Program-made: the position numbers and the translations under genes | Assembly (NCBI GenBank): GCA_964229355.1 | Contig: CAXRDE010000023.1 | Coordinates: forward strand, 195,125-259,124 | Reading direction: 5' to 3' | DNA: 64,000 nt | Source: Candidatus Sericytochromatia bacterium | GTDB lineage: Bacteria; Cyanobacteriota; Sericytochromatia; UBA7694 | Part shown: positions 31,845 to 40,762 of the stretch, piece after piece | How positions within the stretch are numbered: the stretch's first letter is position 1 | Layout of the letters: every line of letters starts with the position of its first letter | Notes under the pieces: model-generated | What the model was told of the DNA's origin: nothing | Databases searched by the model: none | What the model saw: only the letters and a program-made list of their open reading frames with translations

Positions 31845-33071
31845 ATGAGCATCGTTGTACAAAAATTTGGGGGTACCTCAGTGGCTGACACTGAGCGTAT
31901 TCGTCGGGTTGCAGCCCGCGTTGCTGCAACCAAAGCAGATCATCCAGAGGGTGTCGTGGTGGTGGTTTCAGCCATGGGAAAAACCACGGATCACCTGGTC
32001 AACATGGCCCATGAACTCAGTAGCCAACCCAGCGCCCGCGAAATGGACATGCTATTATCTACCGGAGAACAAATTTCTATTGCCCTTTTATGTATGGCAC
32101 TGCAGGAATTGGGCTATAAAGCCGTGTCTCTCACAGGCGGACAAGCTGGTATTGTCACCGAAAGCTTACACACCAAAGCCAAAATACTCCACATCAACAC
32201 TGAAGTTCTCCATAAGCATTTGGCTGAGGACTATATTGTCGTGGTTGCAGGATTTCAGGGCGTTACCGCCGATCAACAAATCACCACCCTCGGTCGCGGG
32301 GGCTCCGACACCACCGCAGTGGCCCTGGCGGGCGCTCTGGAAGCCCCCGTTTGTGAAATTTATACCGACGTGGACGGTGTTTACACCACAGACCCCAACA
32401 GTGTACCCGCTGCCCAGAAGCTCAGTGAAATCTCTTACGAAGAAATGCTAGAGCTGGCTCACCTGGGTGCCAAGGTGCTCCACCCCCGCTCCGTAGAATG
32501 TGCAAAAAAATACGGAACAGCGCTTCATGTGCGCTCAAGTTTTAACACTGAAAAAGGAACACTGGTGAAAGCCATGAAAGATCTTGAAATTCAACGCCCC
32601 GTAACCGGGATTACCTCTGACTCGAACCAGGCCAAAGTAGCCATTCGCAGGGTGCCCGATCAACCCGGCATCGCGGCCCAGCTTTTTGGGGCTCTGGCTG
32701 ATGCCCATATTTCTGTGGACATGATCATTCAATCGGTGCAAGACGATATGAGCAACGATATCGCATTTACCGTCACCCAGGATGACCTCAACAAAGCGGT
32801 TGAAATCACCCAGGCCATGAGCCAGGAGATGGGCGCGGGCGAAGTGGTTTTTGACAAAGACATTGCCAAGGTGTCGATTGTAGGTGTAGGCATGATCGGC
32901 ACCCCAGGGATTGCCGCCAGTATGTTTGACGCGCTGGCCGCAGCCAATATTAATATTCAAATGATTTCCACTTCAGAAATTAAGGTCTCTTGCGTGGTGC
33001 ACAAAGAACAAGCGCCCAAAGCACTGGCCATTATTCACGAGCGCTTTATTGGTGCTGAAGTCGAAGTCTAA
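31845..33071 (+). CDS. lysC: aspartate kinase (two C-terminal ACT domains)
   Basis: [26 protein letters not shown] matches the aspartokinase N-terminus. [11 protein letters not shown] is present. Tandem ACT repeats follow ([30 protein letters not shown] and ...[27 protein letters not shown]). Confidence 0.9.
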   Translation: MSIVVQKFGGTSVADTERIRRVAARVAATKADHPEGVVVVVSAMGKTTDHLVNMAHELSSQPSAREMDMLLSTGEQISIALLCMALQELGYKAVSLTGGQAGIVTESLHTKAKILHINTEVLHKHLAEDYIVVVAGFQGVTADQQITTLGRGGSDTTAVALAGALEAPVCEIYTDVDGVYTTDPNSVPAAQKLSEISYEEMLELAHLGAKVLHPRSVECAKKYGTALHVRSSFNTEKGTLVKAMKDLEIQRPVTGITSDSNQAKVAIRRVPDQPGIAAQLFGALADAHISVDMIIQSVQDDMSNDIAFTVTQDDLNKAVEITQAMSQEMGAGEVVFDKDIAKVSIVGVGMIGTPGIAASMFDALAAANINIQMISTSEIKVSCVVHKEQAPKALAIIHERFIGAEVEV

Positions 33072-33083
33072 ACCGTTTTTATT

Positions 33084-33132
33084 GTATTATGACTTAGAAT
33101 TTAACCAAAAAAGCATTTTAATGTCATAATAC
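33084..33132. promoter_or_regulatory. 10-bp perfect inverted repeat GTATTATGAC-N29-GTCATAATAC upstream of the histidine kinase gene
   Basis: The arms are at 33084-33093 and 33123-33132, with the spacer AT-rich. It lies between the lysC stop and the HK start codon at 33138. Confidence 0.3.
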
Positions 33133-33137
33133 AAAGA

Positions 33138-34805
33138 ATGAACGACATTAAGTACAAAAAGAATAATTTTGGATCTTACTTACAGCGCTTTCCGGCCTTA
33201 GCCGTCACCGGTATATATATTACCTTTGGTTTACTTTGGATCATTTTCTCTGATCGGTTTCTGGAAGCCAGCTTTTCAAGCACCGCCCAGCCGCTGCTGC
33301 AAACCCTAAAAGGTTTTGCTTATGTACTCATAACCGGTTTACTCTTATACGGACTCATCCGTTATTTCACCCGTACCCTACGGCAACAAAACAAACGCTA
33401 TCGCTTACTGTTTGACGAAAATCCCTTACCCATGTGGATCTGCGATACCGAAACCTTAGCCATTCAAGACGTCAATCTTTCTGCCTGCCGACATTATGGT
33501 TATGAGCAAGGGCACTTTTTAACCCTCCGCATGGGGGATTTAGAGGCCGCCTCACCCCCTTTAATTCTCAAGCAACTCAATCAGCACTTACCCTCAGGCA
33601 CCCTGAAGCACTTTGATAAATACCAAAATCCCATGGACATTTGGATCAGCTACCGGCAGTTGCCTCAGGAACTTTTGATTGCCGCCCACGATATTACCCA
33701 ACAAAAAAACACCGAGCGTGCCCTGAGAGAAGCCAAAGACCATCTTGAAGTGTTCCACTCAGCTATCGACTCAGCCTTTATTTTGTTAACCCTCGATAGC
33801 AATCTCCGTATTCAAGACAGCAATACCCATGCGCGTAAAGCCCTGAAAGTTCAGAACACTGATGTCGCACCTCCTCTCAAGGCCTATGTACGCATCAGTT
33901 CACCCCCTCTGGATGCGTTACCCCCACTGTTGCGACCCAAAGCCCAGATTCCCTTAACCCTGCAGACCGACCAGGTGTGGATTCAAGGGATACTGATCTG
34001 CGGTTATGCCGATGAAGATCGGGATCCGCTCTACCTCTTTATTGGACAGGACATTACTGAACAAGAGCGTTTAAGACATAACCAGGCCCACATGCAAAAA
34101 AGCCTGATTCAACAAAACCAGGATCTTCAACAGTTCACTTACATCGTTTCACACAATTTGAGAGCACCCGTTGCCAATCAACTGGGACTTCTGCAATTGT
34201 TCAATCAAGAAAACCCAGAAGATCCCTTTAATCAAGAGTTATTAGACAAACTCAAAACCTCTGCTGAACGCATTGATAAAACCTTGCAAGATCTGAATAA
34301 TATTCTCAGCAGTCGCGGAGATATAGAACGGCAACAGGAGTGCATGATGCTGGATCTCTTATGCCAGGATATCTGGAAGCATTGCACGTCACTGATGCCC
34401 CATAAAAACGCCGCCTTAACGCTAGACTTAGAAGAAAATGAGGTGTGGAGCGCGCGGGCCTATTTGACCAGCATCTTTAATAATATTATTTCCAATGCCA
34501 TCAAGTACAGAAGCCCTGAGCGCCCCCTGCAATTGCACATTCACAGCACCCGTGTAGATCAGCAGATTAAAATCACCTTCCAGGACAACGGAAGGGGCAT
34601 CGACCTGGAGCGTTACGGTAACAAAATTTTTGGCTTTTATCAGCGCTTTCATCACGAGATCGAAGGGCGCGGCATGGGACTTTACCTGGTAAAAAATCAT
34701 GCTGAAAACCTCGGTGGCAGCATAGAGGTCGACAGCACGCCCGATGAAGGAACTTGCTTTACCCTCTGGCTACCGGCCAGGGGTAAACCCGCTAGCCGGG
34801 ATTGA
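33138..34805 (+). CDS. PAS-domain sensor histidine kinase
   Basis: N-terminal TM helices. The H-box is VSHNLRAPVANQ. The HATPase_c region has the N box (NNIISNAIKY), G1 (FQDNGRGID) and G2 (GRGMGLYLV) motifs. Confidence 0.8.
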   Translation: MNDIKYKKNNFGSYLQRFPALAVTGIYITFGLLWIIFSDRFLEASFSSTAQPLLQTLKGFAYVLITGLLLYGLIRYFTRTLRQQNKRYRLLFDENPLPMWICDTETLAIQDVNLSACRHYGYEQGHFLTLRMGDLEAASPPLILKQLNQHLPSGTLKHFDKYQNPMDIWISYRQLPQELLIAAHDITQQKNTERALREAKDHLEVFHSAIDSAFILLTLDSNLRIQDSNTHARKALKVQNTDVAPPLKAYVRISSPPLDALPPLLRPKAQIPLTLQTDQVWIQGILICGYADEDRDPLYLFIGQDITEQERLRHNQAHMQKSLIQQNQDLQQFTYIVSHNLRAPVANQLGLLQLFNQENPEDPFNQELLDKLKTSAERIDKTLQDLNNILSSRGDIERQQECMMLDLLCQDIWKHCTSLMPHKNAALTLDLEENEVWSARAYLTSIFNNIISNAIKYRSPERPLQLHIHSTRVDQQIKITFQDNGRGIDLERYGNKIFGFYQRFHHEIEGRGMGLYLVKNHAENLGGSIEVDSTPDEGTCFTLWLPARGKPASRD

Positions 34806-35979
34806 TATCATCATCTACCAGTTGGCTGCTACACTCTCGGTTATCGTAAGGAGGGGGCGTATTGTTTTGGGCCGCCTGCCTCAGGCGCTGATGCTCTTGT
34901 TCGTAGAAAGCGGCAATCTTGGGGGCGTTAATAATCAACGTGTTTTCGTTGTTGCGTTCTTCAGCACTCATCGAAAAATTATACGACCCTGTAATCACCA
35001 CCCGACGATCCACAATAAACGTCTTGCTATGGAGCAAAGCCTGGTTCCCGTCAATCATGACCGGAATATTTCGGGTGAGCAAATCCTGGTAAACGGAGTA
35101 TTGGCTGATCATACAGCCGTCGAAAATACCCTCTACAGCCACGCCCGCTCGCGCCTTTTGCACCAATAATTTTTGAATGTCTTTATCGGTGACCGAAAAA
35201 ACCGCAAAGCGAATACTTTTCTGCGCTTTGCTCAGGGTCTCAAGAATGGCCTGTTTAGTCCCCCCCTTGGGAGAGAAGTACGTCCGAAGGGTTCCCCCAT
35301 CGACTTTTACCACAGGATAAGGAATCAGATGATCATTGGGTCCTAAAAGCCCCTGCTCGAACATCCGATTAAATTCAGCCTGGTAATTTGCGGCCAATTG
35401 CGGAGACGAAATTTTCAGGGAGTTATTGTTATCGCGGTACAGGGAGTTATGGGTTAAATTGAGTGAGCCTGTCACCAACTCAACGCCGTCCATAATCATA
35501 AATTTATGATGCATAAGCGCGGTGCGGTCATCGCCCTTCACGGGAATGCCAGCTGCCATCAGAGACTGAATCGTGGCTGCACTGTGGCGGCCCCCACTTA
35601 GGCTATCGCTGTCTGTTAAAATCCGTACGCGCACACCCCGTTGATGGGCCTGAATTAAAGCCTCAATAATGCTGGGTTCGGTAATATCATAGACCGCCAG
35701 GTCTAAGCTTTTCTGGGCCCGCTGTACCAGTTCCACAAAAATCTTGTCGGGATTCTGAGGATCCTGGCGGCCCGCTTTTTCGTTGTTGACGTAAAGCTCA
35801 TGGTAGGCATTGTTGAATTTCACCGCGATATCACCATACTCCACAGGAGCATTAAAAGCCTGGAGGCCTGGGGCGGGATTCAAAGCCCGGCCATTCATGA
35901 GCGGCCCCTGCAGCGCGCGGGACTGGCATGCCACCAGTGGAATGAAGCCAAGAGCAAGAAGAGAACGAAGTAAAGTCAT
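34792..35979 (-). CDS. secreted phospholipase D / HKD-family protein (two HKD motifs)
   Basis: Signal peptide MTLLRSLLALGFIPLVACQ. The first HKD motif is HHKFMIMDGVELVTGSLNLT and the second is HSKTFIVDRRVVITGSYNFS. Its 3' end overlaps the convergent HK gene by 14 nt. Confidence 0.75.
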   Translation of the reverse strand: MTLLRSLLALGFIPLVACQSRALQGPLMNGRALNPAPGLQAFNAPVEYGDIAVKFNNAYHELYVNNEKAGRQDPQNPDKIFVELVQRAQKSLDLAVYDITEPSIIEALIQAHQRGVRVRILTDSDSLSGGRHSAATIQSLMAAGIPVKGDDRTALMHHKFMIMDGVELVTGSLNLTHNSLYRDNNNSLKISSPQLAANYQAEFNRMFEQGLLGPNDHLIPYPVVKVDGGTLRTYFSPKGGTKQAILETLSKAQKSIRFAVFSVTDKDIQKLLVQKARAGVAVEGIFDGCMISQYSVYQDLLTRNIPVMIDGNQALLHSKTFIVDRRVVITGSYNFSMSAEERNNENTLIINAPKIAAFYEQEHQRLRQAAQNNTPPPYDNRECSSQLVDDDINPG

Positions 35980-36147
35980 GAAAAGTTTCCTGGTAGTGCT
36001 TAAGATCCTTGTCGTACCATTTAAACAGAACTTGCTTAAAATTTAAACTTCACCAGAAATCTAAAAAAAAGTTTGTGTCCCTTTGAACACTTCGGCAGTC
36101 CTCCGGGTCTTTTAAGAGACATACCAAAATAATCCAGGAGTCTTTTT

Positions 36148-37917
36148 ATGTTTTTATCTCGTTCTTACCGTTATTTAGCAGCCCTTGGCCTCAGCACGGC
36201 TTTGAGTCTGAGCGTCTGGAGCTGTGCCAGCAATTCTCGTGCCCCTGAGGAATCCCAGGAAGCGCAGGAAGTACAGGTCCACGCCGAAACCGAGCTCAAA
36301 AAAGAAAAAGACATGTACAGCCGCGCCGATCAGACGCTTAACACGCCTCCAGGTCCTCCCGCTTCAGCCCCCCTACAACGGGCAAAAGTAGGGGGTGGAG
36401 AAGCCCCTTATGGCAATGCCCTAATCCAAAAGCCTGTCCCTCAGCCTGCGCTCACTGACGAAGCGTCACCCCACCACACCGTACCAGAAGGCAACACCGA
36501 AGACTATGATCGCATTTATGAGAACCCTTTCCTCAATAGCCAAAATAACCCGCTGTCCACTTTTTCGATTGACGTAGATACCGCCTCTTATAGCAATATG
36601 CGCCGCTATATCGAACAAAATCAACTGCCACCTGCTGACGCCATTCGCATAGAGGAACTGGTGAATTACTTCCCTTATCATTACGCGCCGCCCAAAAACA
36701 ACGCCCCCTTTGCCGTGTATAGCGATGTGGCTGTGTGCCCCTGGGAGCCTAAACATCAGTTGCTCCGAATTGCCATGAAAGGAAAACCCGTAGAGATTGA
36801 TCGGCTGCCCGCCAGCAATTTGGTGTTTTTGCTGGATGTCTCTGGTTCGATGAATAGTCCCAATAAACTCCCCTTACTCAAGCGTTCTTTAAAGCTCCTG
36901 GTGGATCGCATGCGTGAGCAAGACCATGTGTCCGTGGTGGTCTATGCCGGTGCCGCAGGCGTGGTTTTACCTCCCACTTCAGGCGAGAACAAAGAAGCCA
37001 TTATTGCGGCCCTCGACAAACTAGAGGCTGGAGGATCCACAGCGGGTGGAGCTGGCCTTGAGTTGGCTTATAAAATGGCGCAGCAGCATTTTAAGGCCAA
37101 TGGCAACAACCGGATTATTTTGGCTACCGATGGCGATTTTAACGTGGGACCTTCAAGTGATGCAGCGTTAACCCGCATGGTTGAGGAAAAACGCAAAGCG
37201 GGTATTTATCTCACCGTATTGGGTTTTGGCATGGGCAACTACAAAGACAATAAAATGGAAAAGCTGGCCGACAAAGGCAACGGCAATTACGCATATATTG
37301 ACAATTTAATGGAAGCCCGCAAGGTGTTGGTGACAGAGATGGGCAGTACGCTGCTCACCCTGGCCAAAGACGTTAAACTGCAGTTGGAATTTAACCCGGC
37401 CAAAGTCGCCTCTTATCGCCTGATTGGTTATGAAAACCGTCTGCTGCGCAACGAAGATTTTGATGACGATACCAAAGACGCTGGCGAGCTGGGGGCAGGA
37501 ACGACCGTTACCGCCCTCTATGAGTTAATTCCTGGGGATGCGCGTCAGACCGGTACCCCCCTGAAATACCAGAACGCCCACACCAAAGCCTCGGCCGGAG
37601 AAAGTGATGAACTGCTGACGGTCAAGCTGCGTTATAAAGCACCCAATCAGGACAAAAGTCAGCTGATTTCTCAGGTGGTGAAAGACACGATAATTCCCTG
37701 GAATCAGGTGTCCTCAGATTTTCGTTTTGCTGCGGCGGTGGCAAACTTTGGCATGCAACTGAGAGATTCTGAGTATAAAGGGCAATGGCGTTTTGAAGAC
37801 GTGATTACCCAGGCCCGCTCAGCCCAGGGCAAAGACACAGAATCTTACCGCCAAAACTTTGTGAATTTGGCCCGTCAGGCCATGTTACTAAAGCAAACCC
37901 AACCGGCTCAAGACTAG
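36148..37917 (+). CDS. von Willebrand factor A domain lipoprotein (YfbK-like)
   Basis: Lipobox LSLSVWSCAS. The VWA MIDAS motif is LVFLLDVSGSMNSPNKLPLLK. The C-terminal ~250 aa resembles the YfbK-type extension. An AGGAG SD is present. Confidence 0.75.
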   Translation: MFLSRSYRYLAALGLSTALSLSVWSCASNSRAPEESQEAQEVQVHAETELKKEKDMYSRADQTLNTPPGPPASAPLQRAKVGGGEAPYGNALIQKPVPQPALTDEASPHHTVPEGNTEDYDRIYENPFLNSQNNPLSTFSIDVDTASYSNMRRYIEQNQLPPADAIRIEELVNYFPYHYAPPKNNAPFAVYSDVAVCPWEPKHQLLRIAMKGKPVEIDRLPASNLVFLLDVSGSMNSPNKLPLLKRSLKLLVDRMREQDHVSVVVYAGAAGVVLPPTSGENKEAIIAALDKLEAGGSTAGGAGLELAYKMAQQHFKANGNNRIILATDGDFNVGPSSDAALTRMVEEKRKAGIYLTVLGFGMGNYKDNKMEKLADKGNGNYAYIDNLMEARKVLVTEMGSTLLTLAKDVKLQLEFNPAKVASYRLIGYENRLLRNEDFDDDTKDAGELGAGTTVTALYELIPGDARQTGTPLKYQNAHTKASAGESDELLTVKLRYKAPNQDKSQLISQVVKDTIIPWNQVSSDFRFAAAVANFGMQLRDSEYKGQWRFEDVITQARSAQGKDTESYRQNFVNLARQAMLLKQTQPAQD

Positions 37918-37935
37918 TCCACATAAGGTGAAAGA

Positions 37936-37983
37936 CCCTCTGAAATAACTCTTTTCAGAGGGCCTTCTATTTTGTCATTTCTT
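37936..37983 (+). terminator. rho-independent terminator after the VWA gene
   Basis: CCCTCTGAAA-taactct-TTTCAGAGGG is a perfect 10-bp stem, followed by CCTTCTATTTTGTCATTTCTT. Confidence 0.55.
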
Positions 37984-38047
37984 AGACATCTTTTTTATAT
38001 CAGATATGGTTTAATGGGCGCACATCCTGTGACCGATGAGGTGCCTC

Positions 38048-40672
38048 ATGCCTTGGCATATATTATCTCCTGAAGAAGTCCTGAGCAAAATCCAATCTAC
38101 GCCTCAGGGACTATCGCAACACGAAGTCGAAGCACGGCAAAAAGAGCACGGCGAAAACGCACTGGTAGAAAAAGGCGTTAAAAGCCCCTGGGCCATTTTA
38201 TGGGAACAGCTCAGTTCAATTATGGTACTTATTTTGGTGGTGGCCGCCGGTCTCTCTGCGGTATTGGGCGATTATCAGGACGCCGTGGTGATTTTGGCCA
38301 TCATTGTCTTTTTTGTCTCACTGGGCGTTTTTCAGGAGTATCAGGCCGAACAAGCCATTGCAGCCCTGAAAAGCTTAGCGGTTCCAGATATTAAAACCCG
38401 GCGCGCAGGTCAATCACAAAAAGTGCCTGCTCCCCGGTTGGTGCCGGGAGATATTGTTTTATTAGAAGCTGGAGACCAGGTCCCCGCAGACTTACGACTC
38501 ATCGAAGCCCACCATCTCAAGGTGGAAGAAGCCGCTTTGACCGGCGAATCCCATGCGGTAGAAAAAAGCAGCGCGGCCATAGACGATAAAAGTGCGGCCC
38601 TTGCTGAGCGTTACAATATGCTCTACATGGGAACCCAGGTCACCTATGGCCGAGGCGTTGGTGTCGTGGTGGACACAGGCATGAATACAGAGCTCGGGCA
38701 CATTGCGGACATGATCCAAAATGTCGAAGAGCGCAAGACCCCCTTACAGAACCGCTTAGACCACGTGGGCAAAGTCCTGGCCGGTGTAGCTGTTGCTTTC
38801 TCCACCTTGATCTGTATGATCGGACTCTGGCGGGGAGAAGCTTTAAAAACCATGCTGTTAAGCGCTATTTCTGTGGCAGTAGCGGCCGTCCCCGAAGGCT
38901 TGCCTGCGGTGTTGACGGTTACCCTGGCTTTTGGAGCCCAACGCATGCTGAAACGCCATGCTCTGGTGCGTAAACTCACCGGCATTGAAACCTTAGGCTC
39001 GGTCTCTGTTATTTGCTCCGACAAAACGGGGACTCTCACTCAAAACAAAATGACCGTTACGCACCTTCTGGACTTAGAACAATGCCTGAATTTGGACAGC
39101 GTAAAGCCCCTGAATCGTTTAAGCCCCAACCTGCAACTAATGCTGCTTTGTGCAGCCCTGTGTAACGATGCAGAGATCCATGGCGAGACAAGCCAGGGGG
39201 ATCCCACAGAAATTGCCTTACTCCAGGCTGTCCTCACGCAGGGCTGGTCTTTAGAAAGCCTTCTGAGTGCGTTTCCTCGCGTCAATGAACTCCCCTTTGA
39301 CTCCGAACGCAAATGCATGACGACGCTTCATCAGATTACGTCTATCCCCGATTTTCTCACCCCGCTGGCAGAAGCCTATCCCGAATTTCAGGAAGGTGCC
39401 TATCTTCGTTTAACCAAGGGCTCCATTGATAGTCTTTTGGTGCGTGCAAGTGAAGCCCCAGAAACCCAATGGCAGTCTCAAAATAAAGCCCGCGCAGGCG
39501 AAGGTGAGCGGGTGTTGGCTTTTGGCTACCGTTGGCTCGAACAAGCTCCTGAAACAATAGATGAAGATCAATTGCAATTGCTCGGGCTGATGTCCATGAT
39601 CGATCCCCCACGCCCTGAAGCCAAAGAGGCCGTACAAACCTGTCTTGCGGCAGGTATTCGCCCCATTATGATTACGGGCGATCACCCCCTCACCGCTTCG
39701 AATATCGCTCGCCAGCTGGGAATTACCCAGGAAGAGCACGTCTTAACGGGACGAGAATTAGAGCCCCTTTCAGAAAGCCAATTGCAAGAAAAGCTCAAGA
39801 CCTACCAGGTTTTTGCGCGGGTCTCACCCGAGCACAAATTACGGATTGTGAAAGCCTTACAGGCTCAACATAAAATCGTAGCCATGACCGGTGACGGTGT
39901 CAACGATGCTCCCGCTCTGAAGCAAGCCGATATTGGTGTGGCCATGGGCATTACAGGAACCGATGTTTCAAAAGAAGCGGCCGACATGGTTTTACAAGAC
40001 GATAATTTTGCCACCATTGTGGCCGCCGTAGAGGAAGGCCGCATTATTTACGATAATCTGCGTAAGTTCATTAAATTTTCTGTGGCGGGTAATATGGGCA
40101 AAATTGGTGTCATGCTGGTCGCTCCGCTACTGGGCATGCCCCTGGCACTGGCTCCCATTCAAATGCTCTGGCTCAATTTGCTTACCGATGGCTTACTGGG
40201 CTTTGGCCTGGGGCTAGAAAAAGCCGAAGGCCAAATTATGCAGCGTCCCCCAACACCGCCTGATGAAAGTATTTTGGGCAACGGTATGACCCGTCAAATT
40301 CTGTGGATGGGCAGCCTCATTACGCTCATTTCAATGGGTCTGGGGGCCTGGGTGTGGATCCAAGAAGGTCCTGAAGCGCCCTGGCAATCGGTGCTGTTTA
40401 CCTCTTTGGCCTTTGCGCAAATTTTTCAGGCCCTGGGTATGCGCTCCAGTCGCGAACACCTCTGGGAAGTGGGCCTGACGAGTAACCCCACCTTACTGGG
40501 CATGATAGGGGTTGTCTTGCTGTTGCAATTGGGCGTCATTTATTTGCCGTTCTTGCAGCAGTATTTTCATACCCAGGCGCTCTCTTTGCCTTTGTTATTG
40601 ACGATTTTTTCCGTCAACGCCCTGATCCTTTGCATTGCAGAAGGACTCAAAGCCCTTGGCAAAGAAGTTTAA
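38048..40672 (+). CDS. P2-type cation-transporting ATPase (Ca2+/Mg2+-type)
   Basis: Phosphorylation motif ICSDKTGTLTQN, TGES, and the hinge MTGDGVNDAPALKQADIGVAMG, with 10 predicted TM segments. The start is the ATG that has a GAGGTG SD; the track start is 38036. Confidence 0.9.
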   Translation: MPWHILSPEEVLSKIQSTPQGLSQHEVEARQKEHGENALVEKGVKSPWAILWEQLSSIMVLILVVAAGLSAVLGDYQDAVVILAIIVFFVSLGVFQEYQAEQAIAALKSLAVPDIKTRRAGQSQKVPAPRLVPGDIVLLEAGDQVPADLRLIEAHHLKVEEAALTGESHAVEKSSAAIDDKSAALAERYNMLYMGTQVTYGRGVGVVVDTGMNTELGHIADMIQNVEERKTPLQNRLDHVGKVLAGVAVAFSTLICMIGLWRGEALKTMLLSAISVAVAAVPEGLPAVLTVTLAFGAQRMLKRHALVRKLTGIETLGSVSVICSDKTGTLTQNKMTVTHLLDLEQCLNLDSVKPLNRLSPNLQLMLLCAALCNDAEIHGETSQGDPTEIALLQAVLTQGWSLESLLSAFPRVNELPFDSERKCMTTLHQITSIPDFLTPLAEAYPEFQEGAYLRLTKGSIDSLLVRASEAPETQWQSQNKARAGEGERVLAFGYRWLEQAPETIDEDQLQLLGLMSMIDPPRPEAKEAVQTCLAAGIRPIMITGDHPLTASNIARQLGITQEEHVLTGRELEPLSESQLQEKLKTYQVFARVSPEHKLRIVKALQAQHKIVAMTGDGVNDAPALKQADIGVAMGITGTDVSKEAADMVLQDDNFATIVAAVEEGRIIYDNLRKFIKFSVAGNMGKIGVMLVAPLLGMPLALAPIQMLWLNLLTDGLLGFGLGLEKAEGQIMQRPPTPPDESILGNGMTRQILWMGSLITLISMGLGAWVWIQEGPEAPWQSVLFTSLAFAQIFQALGMRSSREHLWEVGLTSNPTLLGMIGVVLLLQLGVIYLPFLQQYFHTQALSLPLLLTIFSVNALILCIAEGLKALGKEV

Positions 40673-40762
40673 GGGCCTTGTCCAGTAAAAAGTCTGAGAG
40701 TTTGCTACAATTTTGAAAAGGGTTCGTCCCTGGAGTTTTGTCACCCATGGAGTCGGTTTATT

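Noticed and set aside
33071-33137. Possible lysine riboswitch upstream or downstream of lysC
   Set aside because: The lysC leader is only 57 nt and the 33072-33137 region is 66 nt. Both are far too short for an L-box (~180 nt) and show none of its conserved helices.
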